Source: Hemiscyllium ocellatum (lineage: Eukaryota). Taken from it: DNA of 64,000 nt. The stretch is taken from contig NW_026867602.1 in NCBI RefSeq assembly GCF_020745735.1, forward strand, positions 372,001-436,000, written 5' to 3'. This document shows, in pieces, positions 11,827 to 25,500 of the stretch. Below the pieces are notes generated by a model. The model did not search any database, was not told the origin of the DNA, and saw nothing but the letters and a program-made list of their open reading frames with translations. Position 1 is the first letter of the stretch; each line of letters starts with the position of its first letter. Position numbers and translations under genes: made by a program.

Positions 11827-12329
11827 TCAATATTGTATCTTCAAGATATCATTTCATGTGCAAAACGGGACACTTAACACGCAAAACAGGACGCATCCGT
11901 CGTCTTGGAACTTGAGTAGCTGAGCTTGTGAAAGTGTGGCTGTGGACTGGGTTTAAAGCGTTTGCAGCTTTAGCTCGCTGGGTCACAGTTCTGCTGGTTG
12001 TAAAGCCTCTCCTTCTCCAAATGCTTCCACTCGCTTGCAAGAGGCACAGGGTGGCTGCAAGTTCACTGACATATCGACTAACTGTCATGGATTTTAGCAG
12101 CTGCTGGAACAAACAAAAACGGGCTTTTCTTCAGGCTTCTGCAGAGGAGAGAGAGCTCCCGGAGTTCTGAGAAAGTTCTCCTCTCCCCGAGAACCAACCA
12201 CGTTATTGATGGCATGCACAGAATCTTGGCCTGAAACCAAAGTGCTGCTCGTTACCAACGGGAGCTCCATTTAGACACAAGCCTTCTGCTCTAGCTCACC
12301 TGCACCGTCTGCTATAATACAAACAACAA

Positions 12330-12665
12330 AGAACCTTACAGCACAGAAACAGGCCTCTCGGCCCTGTCCCCCCCACCCTCCTCCAACCTGCACCGATCCA
12401 GATGCTCTATTTAAATCCGTTGCCTGGTTTCTAAGGATCAGTATCCCTCTGCTCCCTGCGCATTCATGTAACTGTCCAGATATATTTTAAATGATACTAC
12501 AGTTCCCTCTGCTGGCAACGCGTTCCAGTCACCCAACACCCTCTGGGTGAAAAACATTCCCCGTATATCTCCCTAAACATTTCCTCTCACACTTTGAACT
12601 CATGACCCCTAGTAATTGAGTCCTCCATTCGGGGAGGATGGTTCTTGCTATCCACCCTGCCTACA
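12330..12665 (-). mobile_element. CR1-type LINE 3' fragment
   Basis: Reverse complement of the CR1 3' region (CTTACAGCACAGAAACAGGCC...TTCCAGTCACCCAACACCCTCTGGGTGAAAAA). Confidence 0.7.
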
Positions 12666-12689
12666 CCTATTATGGCACACACAGGGAAC

Positions 12690-13053
12690 ACAGGGGGCTA
12701 ACACCTTCGACATATTATCTGGCTAACACCAATTGTTACAATTAACCTGAGAATGTAACTTTTAATTAAAAGGTTTTGTGATTGACATATGAAAGAAGTG
12801 AAGCTATCATGGTATTCCAACAGATGAAAGACTCAACAAACAACCAAGGAATTTATAAATGTGTAATTTCAGTTACATCACACTGTAAACTTTTGCTATA
12901 AATTCTGTGTCTTACAAATTGTCCTCCACAACCACCTGATGAAGGAGCGTCGCTCCGAAAGCTAGTGCTTCCAAGTAAACCTGTTGGACTATAACCTGGT
13001 GCTGTGTGATTTTTAACTTTGTCCACCCCAGTCCAACACCGGCATCTCCAAGT
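12690..13053 (+). mobile_element. Pseudo-LTR of a second Penelope-like family
   Basis: Carries a hammerhead motif and the tail GGACTATAACCTGGT...GCATCTCCA, also present at 51441-51625. Confidence 0.6.
12933..12967 (+). ncRNA. Minimal type-I hammerhead ribozyme (second family)
   Basis: CAC-CTGATGA-A-GGAGC-GTC-GCTCC-GAAA-GCTA-GTG: stem I CAC/GTG, 5-bp stem II, palindromic AGCT stem III, CUA cleavage triplet. Confidence 0.7.
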
Positions 13054-13054
13054 C

Positions 13055-13625
13055 ATTACACCTCTCCTGATTTTGTCGGCCTCAATCAGGTCCCCCCTCA
13101 ACCTTCGTCTTTCCAATTAAAATAATCCTAACCTACACAATCTCTCGTTATACCTGGCGCTCTCCATACCAGGCAACAACCTGGGGAACCTCCTCAGCAC
13201 CCTCTCCCAAAGCATCCACATCCTTTTGATAATGTAGCAATCAGCACTGTAAGCAGTATTCCAAATGTGGCCGAACGAAAGTATTATACAATTGGAACAT
13301 GACCTACCAACTCTTGTACTCAACACTCCATCCGATGAAGGAAGGTATGCCAAATGCCTTCTTGACTACTCTACTGACACGCAATGCCACCTTCAGAGAA
13401 CAATGGACCTGAACATCCAGATCACTCAGGACATCAATTTTCCCCAGGACTTTTCCATTTACTGTATAGTTTGCTCTGGAAATGGATCTTCCAAAATGCA
13501 TCACCTCACGTTTGTCTGGATTGAACTGCAGCTGCCATTTCTCTGCCCAACTCTCAAGTCTGTCTATATTCTGCTGTGTTCTCTGACAGTCCCCATCACT
13601 ATCCACAAATCCACCAATCTCAGTG
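13055..13625 (-). mobile_element. CR1-type LINE RT C-terminal fragment
   Basis: Minus-strand peptides DDTEIGGFVDS...QQNIDRLESWAEKWQLQFNPDK...VMHFG and RRRLRGDLIE. Confidence 0.85.
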
Positions 13626-13629
13626 TCAT

Positions 13630-14945
13630 CTAACAGAAGGATACGGAGATGGGGAACTGTGCACGGTGCTCCGAGCGTGGGTCTGACTGAGGGATACGGA
13701 AATGGGGAACTGTGCACGGTGCTCCGAGTGTGGGTCTGACCGAGGGATACGGAGATGGGGAACTGTGCACGGTGCTCCGAGTGTGGGTCTGACCGAGGGA
13801 TACGGAGATGGGGAACTGTGCACGGTGCTCCGAGTGTGGGTCTGACCGAGGGATGTGGAGATGGGGAACTGTGCACGGTGCTCCGAGTGTGGGTCTGACC
13901 GAGGGATACGGAGATGGGGAACTGTGCACGGTGCTCCGAGAGTAGGTCTGACCGAGGGATACGGAGATGGGAACTGTGCACGGTGCTCCGAGTGTGGGTC
14001 TGACCGAGGGATACGGAGATGGGGAACTGTGCACGGTGCTCCGAGAGTAGGTCTGACCGAGGGATACGGAGATGGGAACTGTGCACGGTGCTCCGAGTGT
14101 GGGTCTGACTGAGGGATACGGAGACGGGGAACTGTGCACGGTGCTCCGAGTGTGGGTCTGACTGAGGGATACGGAGACGGGGAACTGTGCACGGTGCTCC
14201 GAGTGTGGGTCTGACCGAGGGATACGGAGACGGGGAACTGTGCACGGTGCTCCGAGTGTGGGTCTGACCGAGGGATGTGGAGATGGGGAACTGTGCACGG
14301 TGCTCCGAGTGTGGGTCTGACCGAGGGATGTGGAGATGGGGAACTGTGCACGGTGCTCCGAGTGTGGGTCTGACCGAGGGATGTGGAGATGGGGAACTGT
14401 GCACGGTGCTCCGAGTGTGGGTCTGACCGAGGGATACGGAGACGGGGAACTGTGCACCGAGTGTGGGTCTGACCGAGGGATACGGAGACGGGGAACTGTG
14501 CACGGTGCTCCGAGTGTGGGTCTGACCGAGGGATACGGAGACGGGGAACTGTGCACGGTGCTCCGAGTGTGGGTCTGACCGAGGGATACGGAGACGGGGA
14601 ACTGTGCACGGTGCTCCGAGTGTGGGTCTGACCGAGGGATACGGAGACGGGGAACTGTGCACGGTGCTCCGAGTGTGGGTCTGACCGAGGGATACGGAGA
14701 CGGGGAACTGAGCACGGTGCTCCGAGTGTGTGTCTGACCGAGGGATACGGAGATGGGGAACTGTGCGCGGTGCTCCGAGTGTGGGTCTGACCGAGGGATA
14801 CGGAGATGGGGAACTGTGCACGGTGCTCCGAGTGTGTGTCTGACCGAGGGATACGGAGATGGGGAACTGTGCACGGTGCTCCGAGTGTGTGTCTGACCGA
14901 GGGATACGGAGATGGGGAACTGTGCACGGTGCTCCGAGTGTGGGT
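13630..14945. repeat. 53-bp minisatellite, ~25 copies (GAGGGATACGGAGATGGGGAACTGTGCACGGTGCTCCGAGTGTGGGTCTGACC)
   Basis: Unit starts at 13741 and 13794 are 53 nt apart; copies are nearly identical. Confidence 0.95.
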
Positions 14946-14969
14946 ATATTTGACCCTTAGGGTCGAGGT

Positions 14970-16124
14970 GCTGCCCAACTTCCGGTCTGTGAGATGTAGC
15001 TGACCCTTGACCTTAACACACACACCCCTCCACAAAGGTCACGTTTCCTGGAAATCCAAATCCTGGAAGATAAAGATAATTGCGGACTGCAGTTAATTTA
15101 AACCCAGCAGAAGATTAATCCCAACCCGGGGAAGAACAAACGTATCTTTCTCTTTTTAATCCTAGGGTCACTTCCGCCCGCACTGACGTAGCCATGCGCT
15201 TGGCCAATTGGGAGTTCGCTCTGAAACAGAGCGGGCGCCCCCTTGAGTCGGCGCCGCCGATTGGAGGGGGAGGTGACAGCCGCTGAGCCAATAGGAAAGC
15301 CACCCGCGGGTCACGCGGTCGAAGCAGCGTCGCTGCCTGGCGGGGCAGCGATTGCCAGCAGACCAATGGGAGCACCCCTTTCAAGGGTGGCCGCCAACGT
15401 GGATGGAAAGCCGCCGCCCATTGGATCAGAAGGAGGAGGCGGAGCCTCGGGGTGGCGGCGTTTGTGTGCGTCCAGTGGACGAGAGCGGGGCGCTGAGGGA
15501 GCGACCAATGAGCGCGCGCGCGCATAACGTGAAGGGACGGTTCCCCGCGAAATGAGAGGGCGCCCCCGATTGGAGCGTGGGCGGTGGGGCGGGGTCGAAA
15601 AGGGGAGGCGGGCCAATAGCAGCGCCCGTCACATCACGGGTGGGGAGGGAGAGAGACGCCAGCCCATAGGCGGAAGACGAGCGTGTAGGGGCGTGGCTGG
15701 GCTGGGCCGCCAATCGGACGGCGCCTCTGACTCGCGCGGGCGGGGGGGTGGGGAGGTCCGAGAGGGCGCCTGCGATTGGTGTGGCGCCGGACCAATGGCA
15801 GTCGCGTTTACTGGCGGGTGCCGAGCGGAGACGGAGGTTCGGGAGGGAGAGCAAAACGGGCGGGCGAAAAAAAAAATTATTAAAATAAACCACCTTTCGG
15901 GTTGACGAACCCGTTGGAGAAGGAGAACGCCGAGGCGAGGGGACGTTGTAAACGAGCGACTGACTAAACCCGCGTCGAAACGTCGTGAAGGAGGGTCGCC
16001 TTGGCGGGGGGCGGGAAAAAAAACAAAAACAAACTCGAAAAACGCGCGCGGAGGAATATTTAAATTTCTTTTCCCCACCGTCCTCCAAAAAGAAAGGAAA
16101 GAAAAGTGAAGAAAACTCACGGCG
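14970..16124 (+). promoter_or_regulatory. CpG-island promoter/5' UTR of the SET/TSPY-like gene, with a dense CCAAT-box array
   Basis: High CpG content; 11 CCAAT/ATTGG sites at 15204-15796; GC boxes (for example about 15587); ETS-type ACTTCCG at about 14975 and 15170; TGACGT 15184-15189. Confidence 0.75.
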
Positions 16125-16514
16125 ATGAGCGGCGGAGGGGGAGCTCCCGGAGCCAAACTGCCGCGTCTGGAGGCGCCAGAGCGCGGGGACCAACCGTCGA
16201 CGACGACGACCAAGCTGGGCGCGCATGCGCCGCCCGTCGCCATGGCAACCCCGGCCGCCGCCGCCGCGGTGATCGCGACGGCCCCGGCTCCCGTCGCCGT
16301 GGCAACCCCGGCCGCCGCCGCCGCCAGTAACGCGGGGGAGACGCAGCGCGCGCTCGAGGCGGTGGACGCGTGCCAGCGCGAGCTGGAGGCGCTGAACGAG
16401 CGCGCCAGCGAGGAGATCCTGCAGGTGGAGCGCAAGTACGGCGGCCTGCGGCGGCCGCACTTCGAGCGCCGCAACCGGCTCATCGAGGACATCCCCGGCT
16501 TCTGGGTCACCGCC
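16125..16514 (+). CDS. SET/TSPY-like exon 1 (130 codons)
   Basis: ATG 16125; Ala-rich N-terminus, then the NAP dimerisation helix, ending FWVTA; followed by GTATCCTTT. Confidence 0.92.
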
Positions 16515-19500
16515 GTATCCTTTCCGCCTCTTCCCCGGCAGGGGAGGGCGCACCAGTCGCCTGCGGGCGTAGTTGCACCCTCCCCACGTTGCACCTCTCA
16601 CATTGCAGCGTGGTTGCGCCCTCCCTACGTTGCACCTATTGCACAGCGGCGTAGTTGCGCCCTCCCCACGTTGCACCTCTCACATTGCAGCGCAGTTGCG
16701 CCCTCCCCACGTTGCACCTATTGCATAGCGGCGTAGTTGCGCCCTCCCTATGTTGCACCTATTGCATTGTGGCGTAGTTGCGCCCTCCCCACGTTGCACC
16801 TATTGCCGTTGCGCTTATTGCATTGCAGCGTAGTTGCACCTATTGCATTGCGGTGTAGTTGCGCCCTCCCTATGTTGCACCTATTGCATTGCGGTGTAGT
16901 TGCACCCTCCCCACGTTGCACCTATTGCATTGCGGCGTAGTTGCACCCTCCCCACGTTGCACCTATTGCATTGCGGCGTAGTTGCACCCTCCCCACGTTG
17001 CACTTCTCACATTGCAGCGCAGTTGCACCCTCCCCACGTTGCACTTCTCACATTGCAGCGCAGTTGCACCCTCCCCACGTTGCACTTCTCACATTGCAGC
17101 GTAGTTGCACCCTCCCTGCGTTGTACTTCTCACATTGCAGCGTAGTTGCGCCTATTGCATTGCGGTGTAGTTGCATCCTCCCCACGTTGCACCTATTGCA
17201 TTGCGGTGTAGTTGCATTCTCCCCACGTTGCGACTATCGCATTGCGGCGTAGTTGCACCCGCCCCATGTTGCACCTCTCACACTGCAGCGTAGTTGCGTC
17301 CTCCCTGCGTTGCACCTCTCACATTGCAGCGTAGTTGCACCCTCCCTGCATTGTGTCTGTCACTTTGCCGCGTACATGCACCCTCCCTGCATTGCACCTC
17401 TCACTTTGCAGTGTAGTTGCACCCTCCCCACGTTGCACCTCTCACATTGCAGCGTAGTTGCACGCTCCCTGCATTGCGTCTCTCAGTTTGCCGCGTAGGT
17501 GCACCCTGCCTGTGTTGCACCTCTCACATTGCAGCGTAGTTGCACCCTCCCTGCGTTGCACCTCTCACATTGCAGCGTAGTTGCACCCTCCCCACGTTGC
17601 ACCCTCCCCACGTTGCACCTCTCACATTGCAGCGTAGTTGCACCCTCCCTACGTTGCACCTCTCACATTGCAGCGTAGTTGCGCCCTCCCTGCGTTGCAC
17701 CTCTCACATTGCAGCGTAGTTGCACCCTCCCCACGTTGCACCTCTCACATTGCAGCGTAGTTGCGCCCTCCCTGCGTTGCACCTCTCACATTGCAGCGTA
17801 GTTGCACCCTCCCTACGTTGCACCTCTCACATTGCAGCGTAGTTGCACCCTCCCTGCGTTGCACCACTTGCAGTGCAGTGTAGTTGCACCCTCCCTGCGT
17901 TGCACCTCTCTCATTGCAGCGTAGTTGTGCCCTCCCTGCGTTGCACCTCTCTCATTGCAGCGTAGTTGCACCCTGCCTGCGTTGTACCACTTGCAGTGCA
18001 GCATAGTTGCGTCCTCCCTGCGTTGCACCTCTCACATTGCAGCGTAGTTGCACCCTCCCTGCATTGCACCTCTCACATTGCAGCGCAGATGCACCCTGCC
18101 TGCGTTGCACCTCTCACATTGCAGTGCAGTTGCACCATCCCTGCGTCGCACCACTTGCAGTGCAGCGTAGTTGCGCCCTCCATGTGTTGCACCTCTCTCA
18201 TTGCAGCGTAGTTGCACCCTGACTGCGTTGCTCCTCTCACATTGCAGCATAGTTGCACCCTCCCCACATCGCGCCTCCGGGTGCTCCGGTTTCCTCCCAC
18301 AGTCACAAAGACGTGCGGGTCAGGTGAATTGGCCGTGCTAAATTGCCCGTAGTGTTAGGTAAGGGCAAGTGTGGGGGTATGGGTGGGTTGCGCTTCGGCG
18401 GGTCGGTGTGGACTTGTTGGGCCGAAGGGCCTGTTTCCACACTGTAAGTAATCTAATCATATTGCAGCATAGTTGCACCCTCCCTGCAGTGCACCTCTCA
18501 CATTTCTGCGTAGTTGCAACCTCCCTGCATTGCACCTCTCACATGGCAGCGTAGTTGCAACCTCCCTGCATTGCACCTCTCACATGGCAGCGTAGTTGCA
18601 ACCTCCCTGCATTGCACCTCTCACATGGCAGCGTAGTTGCACCCTCCCTGCGTTGCACCTCTCACATTGAAGCGTAGTTGCACCTCTCACGTTGCAGCGT
18701 AGTTGCGCCCTCCCTGCGTTGCACCTCTCACGTTGCAGCATAGTTGCACCCTCCCTGCATTGCACCTCTCACATTGCAGCGTAGTTGCACCCTCCCTGCG
18801 TTGCACCTCTCACATTGCAGTGTAGTTGCACCTCTCACGTTGCAGCGTAGTTGCGCCCTCCCTGCGTTGCACCTCTCACGTTGCAGCATAGTTGCACCCT
18901 CCCTGCATTGCACCTCTCACATTGCAGCGTAGTTGCACCTCCCTGCATTGCACCTCTCACATTGCAGCGTAGTTGCACCCTCCCTGCGTTGCACCACTTG
19001 CAGTGCAGCGTAGTTGCGCCCTCCCTGCGTTGCACCTCTCACATTGCAGCGTAGTTGCACGCTGCCTGCGTTGCACCTCTCACATTGCAGCATAGTTGCA
19101 CCCTGCCTGTGTTGCACCTCTCACATTGCAGCGTAGTTTCACCCTGCCTGCGTTGCACCTCTCACATTGCAGCGTAGTTGCACCCTCCCTGCGTTGCACC
19201 TCTCACATTGCAGCATAGTTGCGCCCTCCCCACATTGCACCTCTCACATTGCCGCGTAGTTGCGCCCTCCCTGCTTTGCACCACTTGCAGTGCAGCGTAG
19301 TTGCACCCTCCCTGCGTTGCACCTCTCACATTGCAGCGTAGTTCCACCCTCCCTGCATTGCACCTCACATCGCAGCGTAGGTGCGCCCTCCCCACATTGC
19401 ACCTCTCACATTGCAGCGTAGTTGCACCCTCCCTGCGTTGCATCTCTCACATTGCAATGTAGTTGCACCCTCCCTGCACTGCACCTCACATCGCAGCGTA

Positions 19501-22500
19501 GGTGCGCCCCCCCCCCCACATTGCACCTCTCACATTGCAGCGTAGTTGTACCTTCCCTGCATTGCACCTCTCACATTGCAGCGTAGTTGCACCCTCCCTG
19601 CATTGCACCTCTCTCATTGCAGCGTAGATGCACCCTCCCTGCGTTGCACCTCTCACATTGCAGCGTAGTTGCACCCTCCCTGCGTTGCACCTCTCACATT
19701 GCAGCGTAGTTGCACCCTCCCTGCGTTGCACCTCTCTCATTGCAGCGTAGTTGTGCCCTCCCTGCGTTGCACCTCTCTCATTGCAGCGTAGTTGCACCCT
19801 GCCTGCGTTGTACCACTTGCAGTGCAGCATAGTTGCGTCCTCCCTGCGTTGCACCTCTCACATTGCAGCGTAGTTGCACCCTCCCTGCATTGCACCTCTC
19901 ACATTGCAGCGCAGATGCACCCTGCCTGCGTTGCACCTCTCACATTGCAGTGCAGTTGCACCATCCCTGCGTCGCACCACTTGCAGTGCAGCGTAGTTGC
20001 GCCCTCCATGTGTTGCACCTCTCTCATTGCAGCGTAGTTGCACCCTGACTGCGTTGCTCCTCTCACATTGCAGCATAGTTGCACCCTCCCCACATCGCGC
20101 CTCCGGGTGCTCCGGTTTCCTCCCACAGTCACAAAGACGTGCGGGTCAGGTGAATTGGCCGTGCTAAATTGCCCGTAGTGTTAGGTAAGGGCAAGTGTGG
20201 GGGTATGGGTGGGTTGCGCTTCGGCGGGTCGGTGTGGACTTGTTGGGCCGAAGGGCCTGTTTCCACACTGTAAGTAATCTAATCATATTGCAGCATAGTT
20301 GCACCCTCCCTGCAGTGCACCTCTCACATTTCTGCGTAGTTGCAACCTCCCTGCATTGCACCTCTCACATGGCAGCGTAGTTGCAACCTCCCTGCATTGC
20401 ACCTCTCACATGGCAGCGTAGTTGCAACCTCCCTGCATTGCACCTCTCACATGGCAGCGTAGTTGCACCCTCCCTGCGTTGCACCTCTCACATTGAAGCG
20501 TAGTTGCACCTCTCACGTTGCAGCGTAGTTGCGCCCTCCCTGCGTTGCACCTCTCACGTTGCAGCATAGTTGCACCCTCCCTGCATTGCACCTCTCACAT
20601 TGCAGCGTAGTTGCACCCTCCCTGCGTTGCACCTCTCACATTGCAGTGTAGTTGCACCTCTCACGTTGCAGCGTAGTTGCGCCCTCCCTGCGTTGCACCT
20701 CTCACGTTGCAGCATAGTTGCACCCTCCCTGCATTGCACCTCTCACATTGCAGCGTAGTTGCACCTCCCTGCATTGCACCTCTCACATTGCAGCGTAGTT
20801 GCACCCTCCCTGCGTTGCACCACTTGCAGTGCAGCGTAGTTGCGCCCTCCCTGCGTTGCACCTCTCACATTGCAGCGTAGTTGCACGCTGCCTGCGTTGC
20901 ACCTCTCACATTGCAGCATAGTTGCACCCTGCCTGTGTTGCACCTCTCACATTGCAGCGTAGTTTCACCCTGCCTGCGTTGCACCTCTCACATTGCAGCG
21001 TAGTTGCACCCTCCCTGCGTTGCACCTCTCACATTGCAGCATAGTTGCGCCCTCCCCACATTGCACCTCTCACATTGCCGCGTAGTTGCGCCCTCCCTGC
21101 TTTGCACCACTTGCAGTGCAGCGTAGTTGCACCCTCCCTGCGTTGCACCTCTCACATTGCAGCGTAGTTCCACCCTCCCTGCATTGCACCTCACATCGCA
21201 GCGTAGGTGCGCCCTCCCCACATTGCACCTCTCACATTGCAGCGTAGTTGCACCCTCCCTGCGTTGCATCTCTCACATTGCAATGTAGTTGCACCCTCCC
21301 TGCACTGCACCTCACATCGCAGCGTAGGTGCGCCCCCCCCCCCACATTGCACCTCTCACATTGCAGCGTAGTTGTACCTTCCCTGCATTGCACCTCTCAC
21401 ATTGCAGCGTAGTTGCACCCTCCCTGCATTGCACCTCTCTCATTGCAGCGTAGATGCACCCTCCCTGCGTTGCACCTCTCACATTGCAGCGTAGTTGCAC
21501 CCTCCCTGCGTTGCACCTCTCACATTGCAGCGTAGTTGCACCCTCCCTGCGTTGCACCTCTTGCAGTGCAGCGTAGTTGCACCCTCCCTGCGTTGCACCT
21601 CTTGCAGTGCAGCGTAGTTGCACCCTCCCTGCATTGCACCTCTCACATTGCAGCGTAGTTGCACCCTCCCTGCGTTGCACCACTTGCAGTGCAGCGTAGT
21701 TGTGCCCTCCCTGCGTTGCACCTCTCACATTGCAGCGTAGTTGCACGCTGCCTGCGTTGCACCTCTCACATTGCAGCATAGTTGCACCCTGCCTGTGTTG
21801 CACCTCTCACATTGCAGCGTAGTTTCACCCTGCCTGCGTTGCACCTCTCACATTGCAGCGTAGTTGCACCCTCCCTGCGTTGCACCTCTCACATTGCAGC
21901 ATAGTTGCGCCCTCCCCACATTGCACCTCTCACATTGCCGCGTAGTTGCGCCCTCCCTGCTTTGCACCACTTGCAGTGCAGCATTGTTGCACCCTCCCTG
22001 CGTTGCACCTCTCACATTGCAGCGTAGTTCCACCCTCCCTGCATTGCACCTCACATCGCAGCGTAGGTGCGCCCTCCCCACATTGCACCTCTCACATTGC
22101 AGCGTAGTTGCACCCTCCCTGCGTTGCATCTCTCACATTGCAATGTAGTTGCACCCTCCCTGCACTGCACCTCACATCGCAGCGTAGGTGCGCCCCCCCC
22201 CCCCACATTGCACCTCTCACATTGCAGCGTAGTTGTACCTTCCCTGCATTGCACCTCTCACATTGCAGCGTAGTTGCACCCTCCCTGCATTGCACCTCTC
22301 TCATTGCAGCGTAGATGCACCCTCCCTGCGTTGCACCTCTCACATTGCAGCGTAGTTGCACCCTCCCTGCGTTGCACCTCTCACATTGCAGCGTAGTTGC
22401 ACCCTCCCTGCGTTGCACCTCTTGCAGTGCAGCGTAGTTGCACCCTCCCTGCGTTGCACCTCTTGCAGTGCAGCATAGTTGCACCCTCCCTGCGTTCCAC

Positions 22501-25500
22501 CTGTCATATTGCAGCGTAGTTGCGCCCTCCCTGCATTGCACCTCTCACATTGCAGTGTAGTTGCACCCTCCCTGCGTTGCACCACTTGCAGTGCATCGTA
22601 GTTGCACCCTCCCTGCGTTGCACCTCTCACATTGCAGCGTAGTTGCACCCTCCCTGTGTTGCACCTCTTGCAGTGCAGTGTAGTTGTACTCTCCCTGCAT
22701 TGCACCTCTCACATTGCAGCGTAGTTGCACCCTCCCTGCCTTGCACCCTCCCCGGATTGCTGTGTAGTTGCACCCTCCCCGCATTACACCTCTCACATTG
22801 CAGCATAGTTGCACCCTCCCCACATTGCAGCATAGTTGCACCCTCCCCACATTGCAGCATAGTTGCATCCTCTCTGCATTGCACCTCACATTGCAGCGTA
22901 GTTGCACCTCTCACATCGCAGCGTAGTTGCGCCCTGCCTGCGTTGCACCTCTCACATTGCAGCGTAGTTGCACCCTCCCTGCGTTGCACCTCTCATTGCA
23001 GCGTAGTTGCACCCTCCCTGCGTTGCATCTCTCACATTGCAGCATAGTTGCACCCTCCCTGCATTGCACCTCTCTCATTTCTGCATAGTTGCACCCTCCC
23101 TGCGTTGCACCACTCATATTGCAGTGTAGTTGCACCCTCCCTGCGTTGCACCTCTGATATTGCAGTGTAGTTGCACCCTCCCTGCGTTGCACCTCTCACA
23201 TTGCAGCGTAGTTGCGCCCTCCCTGCATTGCTCCTCACATCGCAGCATAGTTGCACCCTCCCCACATTGCACCTCTCACATTGCAGTGTAGTTGCACCTC
23301 TCACATTGCAGCGTAGTTGCACCCTCCCTGCGTTGCACCTCTCACATTGCAGCGTAGTTGCACCCTCCCTGCATTGCACCTCACATTGCAGCGTAGTTGC
23401 ACCCTCCCCACATTGCACCTCTCACATTGCAGTGTAGTTGCACCCTCCCTGCGTTGCACCACTTGCAGTGCAGCGTAGTTGCGCCCTCCCTGCATTCCAC
23501 CTGTCATATTGCAGCGTAGTTGCGCCCTCCCCACATTGCACCTCTCACATTGCAGCGTAGTTGCGCCCTCCCTGCGTTGCACCTGTCATATTGCAGCGTA
23601 GTTGCGCCCTCTCCACATTGCACCTCTCACATTGCAGCGTAGTTGCGCCCTCCCTGCGTTGCACCTCCCACATTGCAGTGTAGTTGCACCCTGCCTGCGT
23701 TGCTCCTCTCACATTGCAGTGTAGTTGCACCCTCCCTGCCTTGCACCTCTCACATTACAGCATAGTTGCACCCTCCCCACATTGCACCTCTCACATTGCA
23801 GCGTAGTTGCAACCTCCCTGCATTGCATCTCTCACATTGCAGCATAGTTGCATCCTCCCTGCGTTGCACCTCTCACATTGCAGCATAGTTGCACCCTCCT
23901 CACATTGCAGCTTAGTTGCACCCTCCCCACATTGCAGCATAGTTGCATCCTCCCTGCATTGCACCTCACATTGCAGCGTAGTTGCACCTCTCACATCGCA
24001 GCGTAGTTGCGCCCTGCCTGCATTGCACCTCACATTGCAGCGTAGTTGCACCCTCCCTGCGTTGCACCTCTCATATTGTAGCATTGTTGCGCCCTCCCTG
24101 CATTGCACCTCACATTGCCGCGTAGTTGCACTCTCCCCACATTGCACCTCTCACATTGCAGCATAGTTGCACCCTCCCTGCATTGCACCTCACATTGCAG
24201 CGTAGTTGCACCTCTCACATCGCAGCGTAGTTGCACCCTCCCTGCGTTGCACCTCTCATATTGTAGCATTGTTGCGCCCTCCCTGCGTTGCACCTCTCAC
24301 ATTGCAGCGTAGTTGCACCCTGCCTGCGTTGCACCTCTCTCATTGCAGCGTAGTTGCGCCCTCCCTGCGTTGCACCTCTCTCATTGCAGCGTAGTTGCAC
24401 CCCGCCTGCTTTGCACCTCTCACATTGCAGCGGAGTTGCACCCTCCCTGCGTTGCATCTCTCACATTGCAGCGTAGTTGCGCCCTCCCCACATTGCACCT
24501 CTCACATTGCAGTGTAGTTGCACCCTCCCTGCGTTGCACCTCTCACATTGCAGCGTAGTTGCACCCTCCCTGCATTGCACCTCACATCGCAGCGTAGGTG
24601 CGCCCTCCCCACATTGCACCTCTCACATTGCAGTGTAGTTGCACCCTCCCTGTGTTGCACTTCTCATTGCAGTGTAGTTGCGCCTCTCATATTGCAGTGT
24701 AGTTGCACCCTCCCTGCGTTGCACCTCTTGCAGTGCAGCGTAGTTACACCCTCCCTGCATTGCACTTCTCATATTGCAGTGTAGTTGCACTCTCCCTGCA
24801 TTGCACCTCTCATATTGCAGTGTAGTTGCACCCTGCCTGCGTTGCACCTCTCTCAGTGCAGCGTAGATGCACCCTCCCTGCGTTGCACCTCTCACATTGC
24901 AGCGTAGTTGCACCCTTCCTGCGTTGCACCTGTCATATTGCAGCGTAGTTGCACCCTCCCTGCATTGCACCTCTCTCATTGCAGCGTAGATGCGCCCTGC
25001 CTGCATTGCACCTCACACGTTGTAGCGTAGTGGCGCCCTCCCTGCATTGCACCTCACATCGCAGCGTAGGTGCGCCCTCCCCACATTGCACCTCTCACAT
25101 TGCAGCGTAGTTGTACTCTCCCCACATTGCACCTCTCACATTGCAGCATAGTTGCACCCTCCCTGCGTTCCACCTGTCATATTGCAGTGTAGTTGCACAC
25201 TCCTTGCGTTGCACCTCTCATATTGCAGTGTAGTTGCACCCTCCCTGCGTTGCACCTCTCTCATTGCAGCATAGTTGCTCCCTCCCTGCGTTGCACCTCT
25301 TGCAGTGCAGCATAGTTGCACCCTCCCTGCATTCCACCTGTCATATTGCAGTGTAGTTGCACCCTCCTTGCGTTGCACCTCTCATATTGCAGCGTAGTTG
25401 CACCCTGCCTGCGTTGCACCTCTTTCAGTGCAGCGTAGATGCACCCTCCCTGCGTTGCACCTCTCTCATTGCAGCATAGTTGCACCCTGCCTGCGTTCCA

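Noticed and set aside
13304-15035. 414-505 aa ORFs in all three minus frames
   Set aside because: Read-through of the 53-bp minisatellite into a CR1 fragment.
15115-16676. Long GC-rich ORFs (416 aa and 321 aa minus; 117 aa plus)
   Set aside because: Stop-poor CpG-island sequence antisense to or upstream of the real exon 1; no recognisable domain.
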